Positions 28,297-35,469 of a stretch of DNA of 64,000 nt are shown here, piece by piece. The stretch covers positions 2,310-66,309 of the forward strand of contig JAPSIR010000002.1 in assembly GCA_031178625.1 (NCBI GenBank). Reading direction: 5' to 3'. The stretch's first letter is position 1; each line of letters opens with the position of its first letter. The notes under the pieces are model-generated. The model was not told where the DNA came from. It did no database searches and was given only the letters and a program-made list of their open reading frames with translations. This stretch comes from Cellulomonas sp. (GTDB lineage Bacteria; Actinomycetota; Actinomycetes; Actinomycetales; Cellulomonadaceae). The translations under genes and the position numbers were made by a program.

Positions 28297-29172
28297 CTAC
28301 CGGGGCCGGAGCGCCGGCGCGAGGTGCTCGGCGGCCCACGCGCGGAACGTCGTCGGCGTCGTGCTCACGGCGTCCCGCGGGTCCTCGGGCCGGAACCCGG
28401 AGCGGAACCCGCGGGCCATGCCGACGACCGCGTCCACCTGTGCCGGGGTCATGCCGACGGACCGCAGCTGCTCGGCCACCGCCTCGTCGCCGAGCTGCTC
28501 GGCGCGGAACGGCCGGCCGACGAGGTCCGACAGCGTCGCGGCGACGTCCGCGATCGACAGGTCGGCCGGGCCGAGCACGCCCTGCGTCGTCCGGCCGGAC
28601 CAGTCGCCCGACAGCAGGCGCAGCGCCGCCACGTCCGCGACGTCGTCCGGCGCGACCCACGGGATGCGGCGGTCCGTCTCGAGCTGCGACGCGACGACGC
28701 CGGAGCGCAGCGCCGGCAGGTCCAGCAGCAGGTTGCTGAAGAAGTACCCGCAGCGCAGGTGGGTGACCGCCGCGCCGCTGCCGTCGAGGTGCTCCTCGAG
28801 GAGGCCGAGGCCGTCGATCTCGCCGAACCCGCCGCGCGCCTCGGCCCCGACGCTGCTCTGGACGACGACGCGGGCGATGCCGTTCTCGCGCACGGCGGCC
28901 GCTGCGACGCGACCGAGCCGGTCGTAGGCGGCGACGGGGTCGGGCCCGAGCGACGGGGCGACCCAGTGCAACGCATCGGCACCGCGCGTGGCGCGCAGGA
29001 CGGCGACGGCGTCCGTGAGGTCGGCCGCGACGACCTCGCTCCGGTGCCGGACGTCGGGCGCGAGGCGCTCGGGGTCACGGACGACGAGCACGGGCCGCAC
29101 GCCGGCGCGGTGCAGACGAGCCACGACGCGTGACCCGACCTGCCCGGTCGGGGTGCTGACGACGATGCGCAC
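28297..29172 (-). CDS. NmrA-like NAD(P)H-binding protein
   Basis: STPTGQVGS Rossmann motif, QSSVGAE, LRCGYFFSN and WVAPDDVA; AAGGAGG RBS. Confidence 0.88.
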   Translation of the reverse strand: MRIVVSTPTGQVGSRVVARLHRAGVRPVLVVRDPERLAPDVRHRSEVVAADLTDAVAVLRATRGADALHWVAPSLGPDPVAAYDRLGRVAAAAVRENGIARVVVQSSVGAEARGGFGEIDGLGLLEEHLDGSGAAVTHLRCGYFFSNLLLDLPALRSGVVASQLETDRRIPWVAPDDVADVAALRLLSGDWSGRTTQGVLGPADLSIADVAATLSDLVGRPFRAEQLGDEAVAEQLRSVGMTPAQVDAVVGMARGFRSGFRPEDPRDAVSTTPTTFRAWAAEHLAPALRPR

Positions 29173-29206
29173 GCAGATCCTCCTTCGGTCGCGACGGGAC
29201 GACACC

Positions 29207-29228
29207 GGTCTACCGCCGACCACCGACA
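29207..29228 (-). promoter_or_regulatory. PafBC (RecA-NDp)-type promoter candidate
   Basis: TGTCGG-tggtcggcgg (10 nt)-TAGACC versus consensus TGTCGG-N10-TANNNT; one mismatch at the last base. Confidence 0.5.
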
Positions 29229-29344
29229 GACCCGCCTCCGAGCGCCCGCCGAACCGACCTCAGCCTCGCTGGCGCGGCACCCCGTCCACGGGCCGGTCGA
29301 CGCCCCGCTCCGCCGGCTCCGCTCCCCCGTGACGCTCCACCGCC

Positions 29345-29962
29345 ATGAGCGACCCGACCGGCGCCGACGCGCCCGACCCCGCCCGTCCCGACGACGCCCG
29401 TCCCGACGACGCCCGTCCCGACGACGCCCGTCCCGACGACACCCGAGCCGACGACCCGGGCCGCGGTGCCACGGATCCCCGCGCCGCCGACCACGACCCC
29501 CCTCGGCCGCACCCGGTGGACGCAGGCTGGTCCGCGCCCGGCCCCGACGACGACCTCGCGGACGCGGTGGCGCCCGGCGTGGCGGTCCCCGACGCGGACG
29601 CCGCGCTCGAGCTGATGCTGCGGCTCGTCGGGCCTGAGCGCGCCGGGCCGCCCGCGCTGTGGTTCGCGCTCCTCGACGGCGACCGGCGACTGCTGCCCGT
29701 CGTGCTGCCGATCAGCGAGGTGCCCCTGCGACCCGACGCCGCCGCGGCACGGCAGGTCGTGCACGTCCTCGCGTCGGTCCTCGAACGGGAGCCGTCCGGC
29801 GGGAGCGTCGTCGTCGCGGTGGTCCGCGCCGCCGGCGGCGACCACGGCTCGTTCGAGCGGGCGTGGGCGCACGCGCTGCTGCTCGCGGCGACCGACCGGG
29901 CCCTGACCGTGGCCGCCGTCGTGGCGGTCGGCGAGCACCGCGCCCGGGTGCTCCCGGTGTGA
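29345..29962 (+). CDS. Hypothetical protein; repeat-rich N-terminus and alpha/beta C-terminal domain
   Basis: 205-aa ORF with GC-rich third positions; LWFALLDGDRRLLPVVLPI core. Confidence 0.7.
   Translation: MSDPTGADAPDPARPDDARPDDARPDDARPDDTRADDPGRGATDPRAADHDPPRPHPVDAGWSAPGPDDDLADAVAPGVAVPDADAALELMLRLVGPERAGPPALWFALLDGDRRLLPVVLPISEVPLRPDAAAARQVVHVLASVLEREPSGGSVVVAVVRAAGGDHGSFERAWAHALLLAATDRALTVAAVVAVGEHRARVLPV
29381..29455 (+). repeat. In-frame 15-bp tandem repeat, 4 perfect + 1 degenerate (ARPDD)
   Basis: GCCCGTCCCGACGAC at 29381, 29396, 29411 and 29426; ACCCGAGCCGACGAC at 29441. Confidence 0.9.
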
Positions 29963-30076
29963 CCGCGCCGCGACCGCCCGCGCGACAGCGCCGTGCGACG
30001 GCCCGTCGGACGGTGCCTCCATGACGGCGCTGCGTGGCGGCTGCGGGCCGGCGTCCACGCCGGCCCGCAGCCGGGA

Positions 30077-31033
30077 TCACGCCCCGGGGCCGGGCGACGC
30101 CTCGTCGATCGCGGCGAGCTGCCCGAGGTCGGGCTCCCACAGGGTCGCGGTGACGTTGGCCCGCACCTGCTCGGGCGTGCGTGCGCCGGCGATGACGGAG
30201 CCGACGGCGGGCTGGGCTGCCAGCCCGCCGAGGGCGACCGTCGGCAGGTCGACGCCCCACGTGCCCGCCAGCACGGCCAGCGCCTCGATGCGGTCGAAGT
30301 CGGCACCGGCCATGCGCTGCGGCATGCGCTCGAGCCGCGAGCCGCCGGGTGCCGCCTCACCACGACGGTACTTGCCGGTGAGGAGGCCGGACGCGAGCGG
30401 AACGTACGGCAGGATGCCGACGCCGACGTGCTCGGCCGCCGGCACGAGCTCCGCCTCGGCGTCGCGGTCCATGAGGTTGTACCGGTTCTGCGCCGAGACG
30501 AACGGCGTCGTCCCGGCAGTGCGCGCGGCCCAGTCCGCGTCGACGACCTGCCAGGCCGTGAAGTTCGACGACCCGATGTAGCGGACCTTCCCCTCGGTGA
30601 CGAGCTCGTGCAGCGCCGCGAGCGTCTCCTCGACCGGCGTCTCCGGCTCCGGCCGGTGCAGCTGGTACAGGTCGACGTGGTCGGTGCCGAGGCGGCGCAG
30701 CGAGCCCTCGACCGCACGGCGCACGTACCGGCGCGAGGCGCGCGACCCCCAGTCGGCACCGTTCAGCCCGCCCACGTCCATGCCGAACTTGGTGGCGACG
30801 ACCACGTCGTCCCGCCGGCCGCGCAGCGCGCGCCCGAGCAGCTCCTCGCTCTGGCCCGGCGTGCCGCCGTAGACGTCGGCGGTGTCGAAGAACGTCACGC
30901 CGGCGTCGAGCGCGGCGTGCACGACCGCGTCGACGCCCTCCGCTGCCAGCGTGGCGCCGAACGTGTTGCACCCGAGGCCGGCGGTCGAGACGGTCAGGCC
31001 GGAGTCGCCGAGACGGCGGTAGGTCATGGTCAC
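30077..31033 (-). CDS. Aldo/keto reductase (start GTG 31033 or ATG 31027)
   Basis: GLGCNTFG, FFDTADVYG, VATKFG, SLRRLGTDHVDLYQLH and GKVRYIGSSN. Confidence 0.95.
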   Translation of the reverse strand: MTMTYRRLGDSGLTVSTAGLGCNTFGATLAAEGVDAVVHAALDAGVTFFDTADVYGGTPGQSEELLGRALRGRRDDVVVATKFGMDVGGLNGADWGSRASRRYVRRAVEGSLRRLGTDHVDLYQLHRPEPETPVEETLAALHELVTEGKVRYIGSSNFTAWQVVDADWAARTAGTTPFVSAQNRYNLMDRDAEAELVPAAEHVGVGILPYVPLASGLLTGKYRRGEAAPGGSRLERMPQRMAGADFDRIEALAVLAGTWGVDLPTVALGGLAAQPAVGSVIAGARTPEQVRANVTATLWEPDLGQLAAIDEASPGPGA

Positions 31034-31243
31034 CACGGCAGCCTAGGTCGGGCTCCGCCCGGCGGCGCGCCCGCGGTCGCCGCTCCCCCGCGGTCACCGC
31101 TTCCGCGCGCGCTCGCGGCGGCCCTGCGTCAGAGTGGTTTCACCAGACCTTCACGGCGGGCGAGGAACACCGTCGTCTGCGTCCCCGTTGAGATCACAGG
31201 AAGCATCAGGCACGACGGCCGCACAACGGCACGGAGGTCCCAC

Positions 31244-31588
31244 ATGGCCAACAGGTCCCTGCGCGGGATGCGCATCGGGTCCCACAGCATGGAGACGGAG
31301 GAGGGCGTCGACTTCGCCCCCCGTCTCCAGGCGCACTACGACTGCCCCAACGGGCACACGATCATCCTGCCGTTCTCGGTCGAGGCCGACGTCCCGGTGG
31401 TGTGGGAGTGCCGTTGCGGCGCCGAGGCGCTCCTGCGCGACGCCTCGAAGCCCGAGGCCAAGGCGGGCAAGCCGCCGCGCACGCACTGGGACATGCTCCT
31501 CGAGCGGCGCACGGTGAACGAGCTCCAGGAGCTGCTCGACGAGCGGCTCGACCTGCTGCGCGCCGGCAAGCTGCGCCGCAGCGCCTGA
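31244..31588 (+). CDS. rbpA: RNA polymerase-binding protein RbpA
   Basis: RSLRGMRIG, YDCPNGH, WECRCG and RTHWDMLLERR; GGAGG RBS. Confidence 0.95.
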   Translation: MANRSLRGMRIGSHSMETEEGVDFAPRLQAHYDCPNGHTIILPFSVEADVPVVWECRCGAEALLRDASKPEAKAGKPPRTHWDMLLERRTVNELQELLDERLDLLRAGKLRRSA

Positions 31589-31645
31589 TCGCAGCACCCC
31601 CGCGGCGTACCGGTCCACCGACCGCCCGACGCCGCAGCCAGGCCC

Positions 31646-31679
31646 CGACGCCCCCGGTGACACGAGCCCGGGGGCGTCG
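31646..31679. terminator. Bidirectional terminator hairpin (rbpA / lnt)
   Basis: 12-bp stem CGACGCCCCCGG / CCGGGGGCGTCG. Confidence 0.7.
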
Positions 31680-31719
31680 TGCTGCCCGCAGGCGTCCGAG
31701 CACGAGGCCGGTCGCGCCC

Positions 31720-33285
31720 TCAGGCCCCGTCGGGCCGCTCGTCGCGCCGGACGCGGTAGGCGCCTGCCGCCCCGGCGACCACGACGCACAGCGCGAGGGC
31801 GTCCGCGACCCAGGCGGGCCACTCCCCCAGCCGCGTCGCCGGCGTCAGCGACGTGCGCAGCGGCAACGTCGCCACCATCTGCTCGGCCGTGAACAGGCCG
31901 GTGCTCTGCACGACGGCGCCGTTCGGCGCGATCACCGCGCTGACGCCCACCGTCGAGATCTGGACGGTCGCACGTCCGTGCTCGACGGCGCGCAGGCGCG
32001 ACATCGCCAGCTGCTGCGTCGACTCGTCCGTCCACCCGAAGGACGCGTTGTTCGTCTGCACGACGAGCACCTCGCCGCCCTCGCGGACCGCCTCGCGGAC
32101 GATCCCGTCGTACGCGACCTCGAAGCAGATGACGTCGCCGATGAGGACGGTGCGGCCCAGTCGCTCGGACGTCAGCGGCACCACACCCGGCTCGGTGCCC
32201 GGGAGCATGTCGCGCGTGACGAGGTCCACGGCGGACGAGAAGTGCCGCACGAACCCGCGCATCGGGATGTACTCGGCGAACGGCGCGGGCCGCTGCTTGG
32301 AGTAGGTGGCGACGACGCCGGTGCCCGGCTCCCACATCACGGCCGTGTTGTAGCGGCCGCCGCTGTCCGGGTACTCGACCGTGCCGACGAGCATGGGCGC
32401 ACCCACGTCGCGCGCGGCCGCGTCGATCAGACCGGCCGCCTCGGCGTCGACCTGCGGGTCGATGTCGGAGCCGTTCTCGGGCCACAGCACGACGTCGAGC
32501 TCCCCGGGTGCGACCCGGTCCAGGAGGGCGCGCGTGCCGGCGACGTGGTTGTCGAGCACCTGGCGGCGCTGCCCGAAGGCGTCGAGCCGGCCGGGCTCGG
32601 GCACGTTGCCCTGGACCGAGCCGGTCCGCAGCGTGCCGGCCTCGGCGGCCGTCTCGAGCGGCACGAGCAGCGCGCCCACGACGAGCGCGGCGACGGCCGC
32701 CAGGGCCCCGAGCGTGCGTCCGGCCGCGACCCGGCCCGCCGCGAGGAGGGCGCGCGCGAGCAGCACGCCGAGCGCCGCGACGACGGCGCTGAGCAGCGGC
32801 GTGCCGCCCAGCCACGCGTACGCGGCGAGCGGCGAGTCGGCCTGCGAGAAGGCGAGCCGTCCCCACGGGAAGCCGCCGAACGGCCACGCGCTGCGCAGCT
32901 CCTCGACGCCCACCCACAGCACCACGAAGACGACGAGCTGCCATGCGCCGCTGCGCCACACGGCGTGCCCGCGCCGCGCCCACGCCCACGCGGCCCCGAA
33001 GAGCGCGACGTACGACGCCTGGAGCACGCTGAGGGCGGCCCACGGGACCGGGCCGACGGCCTCGTACGCCCACGTGATCATCGGCGCGAAGCACGCCAGG
33101 CCCCACACGAGCCCCACGAGCGCGTTCCACCGGGCGCTGTCGCGTCGCAGCGCCAGGTACAGCAGCGCGGTGCCGGCGAAGGCGGCGCCCCACCAGCCCG
33201 GGTCCGGGAACGCCATCCGCGCCAGCCAGCCGCCGACCCCGGCGAGGAGCAGCGTCGCCCAGCGGGCGGGGGGCGAGAGCGGCAC
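31720..33285 (-). CDS. lnt: Apolipoprotein N-acyltransferase
   Basis: PFGGFPWGRLAFSQ, VQGNV, WPENG, YSKQRPAPFAEYIP, ICFEVAYD and VQTNNASFG. Confidence 0.95.
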   Translation of the reverse strand: MPLSPPARWATLLLAGVGGWLARMAFPDPGWWGAAFAGTALLYLALRRDSARWNALVGLVWGLACFAPMITWAYEAVGPVPWAALSVLQASYVALFGAAWAWARRGHAVWRSGAWQLVVFVVLWVGVEELRSAWPFGGFPWGRLAFSQADSPLAAYAWLGGTPLLSAVVAALGVLLARALLAAGRVAAGRTLGALAAVAALVVGALLVPLETAAEAGTLRTGSVQGNVPEPGRLDAFGQRRQVLDNHVAGTRALLDRVAPGELDVVLWPENGSDIDPQVDAEAAGLIDAAARDVGAPMLVGTVEYPDSGGRYNTAVMWEPGTGVVATYSKQRPAPFAEYIPMRGFVRHFSSAVDLVTRDMLPGTEPGVVPLTSERLGRTVLIGDVICFEVAYDGIVREAVREGGEVLVVQTNNASFGWTDESTQQLAMSRLRAVEHGRATVQISTVGVSAVIAPNGAVVQSTGLFTAEQMVATLPLRTSLTPATRLGEWPAWVADALALCVVVAGAAGAYRVRRDERPDGA

Positions 33286-33373
33286 CGCGTCAGGTTACGT
33301 CAGCGGGCGGGGCGGACCGGGCGCGCGGGCCACCGCGGGTGCGGGTGAGGCGTGCCACTCGGTGGGCTGCCAC

Positions 33374-33554
33374 CCGGTCCGGGGCCGGGGAGTCGCCTCC
33401 CCGGCTCCGACCGACCGGCCCGTGCGCCCTTCGTACCGGCGAGGACGGGGTCCTGCCGTTGTCTGTTGAGCGCACGGGCCCGGCCGGAGCTCTGGCCGAC
33501 GGCACCGGACGAGCAGTCTGTGGCCCCCCAACCGGTGCCCTCGTCGGCAAGCCA
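33374..33554 (-). ncRNA. Candidate structured small RNA (~180 nt)
   Basis: Own promoter; three helical domains (33495-33548, 33417-33480, 33384-33405 with a GCGA tetraloop on the minus strand); lnt has a separate -10. Confidence 0.55.
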
Positions 33555-33560
33555 CTGTGG

Positions 33561-33591
33561 AACCTACTCCCGCCTGCGCGCAGGGTGTCAA
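33561..33591 (-). promoter_or_regulatory. Sigma70-type promoter TTGACA-N19-TAGGTT with palindromic spacer
   Basis: -35 at 33586-33591, -10 at 33561-33566, CCTGCGCGCAGG at 33573-33584. Confidence 0.65.
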
Positions 33592-33808
33592 GGCGGCGTA
33601 CCGCCAGGTCAGCGGCCTCCGTCCAGGTCAGCGTGTCCGATTCGACCGCGACCCGGTCGCCCTTCCCGGCGTGTCGTCCGCGTGTCGTGCGGTGTCCCCG
33701 CCTGATGTGTCGCGCAGGTGACGCCCACGTCGCCGCGCGGTGGCGGACGCACGACGAAGTTCACCCGGTCGGCGCAGCGGCCGGCGCCGCGGCGCGCGCG
33801 GGGACGGC

Positions 33809-35440
33809 TCAGCCGAGCTCGTCGTGCAGCACCACGCCGGCGCGCACGGTGCGCAGGCACCGTGGCGCCGCGGCGTCGGGCGACAGGTCCGGCAGCAGCG
33901 GCGACCCCGCGCGGGCGTCGGCGCTCCACGACGACGTCCGCGCCGCCTGCACCACGAGGTGCTCCGCGCGCCACACGGCGAGGTGCGCCGGCGACCCGAC
34001 GCGCAGCTCGCCCGCGCCGGTGTGGTCGAGATGCGCGAGCCGCCAGCCGCCGCGCGTCGCCGCACGGAACGCCGCCCGGACCGAGATCCGCTGGTCCACC
34101 TCGTGGTGCGCGGCCGCGGCGCGGACACCGGCCCACGGGTCGACGGGGGTCACGGGGCTGTCCGAGCCGAGCGCGAGCGGCACGCCGGCGGCCGCGAGGT
34201 CGGCGAACGGGTTGAGCGCGGCCGCACGGCCACGCCCCAGTCGTGCGGCGTACATGCCGTCCGGGCCGCCCCACAGCGCGTCGAACGCCGGCTGGACCGA
34301 CAGGCGCAGCCCGAGCAGCACGATCTGCGCCAGCGAGGGGGCGTCGACCATCTCGGCGTGCTCGATGCGGTGCCCGGCACCCGCGACGGCTGCCGTCCCC
34401 TCGACGTCGGCGGCCGCCCGCAGCCCCAGGAGCACCTCGTCCAGCGCGCGGTCGCCGATGACGTGGAAGGCCGCGTGCGCCCCGGCGCGCGTGACCGCGG
34501 TGACGTGGTTCGCGACCTGCTCGGCGGTCAGGTACAGGTGGCCCGACGTGCCGGGCGCGTCCGCGTACGGCTGCCGCAGCGCGGCCGTGCGCGACCCGAA
34601 GGAGCCGTCCACGTTGAGGTCGCCGCCGATGCCGGCGAGCCCCGGCAGGTCGGCCAGCAGCTCGCGCGCGTCGTCCACCGTGACGCACGCCTCGCCGCGG
34701 TAGCCGATGACGAGGGGCAGCGCCGAGGCGGGGGCCGCCGTCATGGTGAGCAGCTCGCGCAGGCCGTCGCGCGTGTCGATGGAGGGCGCCGACTGCTCGT
34801 GCACGGCGACGACGCCGGCGGCAGCCGCCGCGGTGAGCGCCTCGCGGTACAGCGCGGTCCGCTCCGCGGCGTCCACGGACCGGGCCACGGCACGCGCGGC
34901 GTGGTGCGCATCGCGCTCCACGCGGCCGTCCTCGGACCACCCCGGCAGGCCGTGCAGCCCGGCCAGCTCCGCGAGCGCCGAGGACACCACCGCGGAGTGC
35001 ACGTCGACCCGCGCCACGTACACGGGCAGACCCTGCCCGACGGCGTCCAGCTCGGCCCGCGTGGGCGGGCGGCCCTCCGGCCAGTCGCGCTCGTCCCAGC
35101 CGTGCCCGAGCAGCGGCAGGCGCTCCCCCACGGCCCGGGCGCCGGCGGCGCGGGAGAGCGCCTCGAGCGCGTCCGCGAGGCTGCGGACGCCGGCCGCGAG
35201 AGACAGGTCGACACCGCGGGCGGCGAGCGCCGACTCGAGGAGGTGCACGTGCGCGTCGACGAAGGCGGGGGCGACGAGCGCGCCGTCGAGCTCGACCACC
35301 TCGTCGACGCCCGCGACGAGGCCGTCGGCCGTGTCGTCGGAGCCCATCCACGCGACGGTGCCGTCCTCGACGAGCACCGCCTCGGCGAACGGGTCCGACG
35401 GCGAGTGCACCACTCCGTGGCGGTAGAGCGTCGAGGTCAC
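33809..35440 (-). CDS. Amidohydrolase 3 family protein (YtcJ/Rv2052c-like)
   Basis: PAFVDAHVH, RVDVHSA, DGSFGSRTAAL, FHVIGDRA, HRIEHAE and LGSDSPVT. Confidence 0.92.
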   Translation of the reverse strand: MTSTLYRHGVVHSPSDPFAEAVLVEDGTVAWMGSDDTADGLVAGVDEVVELDGALVAPAFVDAHVHLLESALAARGVDLSLAAGVRSLADALEALSRAAGARAVGERLPLLGHGWDERDWPEGRPPTRAELDAVGQGLPVYVARVDVHSAVVSSALAELAGLHGLPGWSEDGRVERDAHHAARAVARSVDAAERTALYREALTAAAAAGVVAVHEQSAPSIDTRDGLRELLTMTAAPASALPLVIGYRGEACVTVDDARELLADLPGLAGIGGDLNVDGSFGSRTAALRQPYADAPGTSGHLYLTAEQVANHVTAVTRAGAHAAFHVIGDRALDEVLLGLRAAADVEGTAAVAGAGHRIEHAEMVDAPSLAQIVLLGLRLSVQPAFDALWGGPDGMYAARLGRGRAAALNPFADLAAAGVPLALGSDSPVTPVDPWAGVRAAAAHHEVDQRISVRAAFRAATRGGWRLAHLDHTGAGELRVGSPAHLAVWRAEHLVVQAARTSSWSADARAGSPLLPDLSPDAAAPRCLRTVRAGVVLHDELG

Positions 35441-35469
35441 ATCCGCACACCCTAGGCCCGCGCGGCCCG

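Noticed and set aside
29381-29455. Tandem repeats (also 8195 and 21154) as a possible CRISPR array
   Set aside because: Units are 13-18 bp, contiguous, with no spacers and no cas genes.
27754-31100. Integrated element at dif
   Set aside because: No integrase, second att/dif copy, replication gene or obvious compositional shift.
33290-33550. 86-aa minus-strand ORF over the candidate ncRNA
   Set aside because: TTG start without an RBS, no recognisable motif, and the region is better explained by base-paired stems; translation is not formally excluded.
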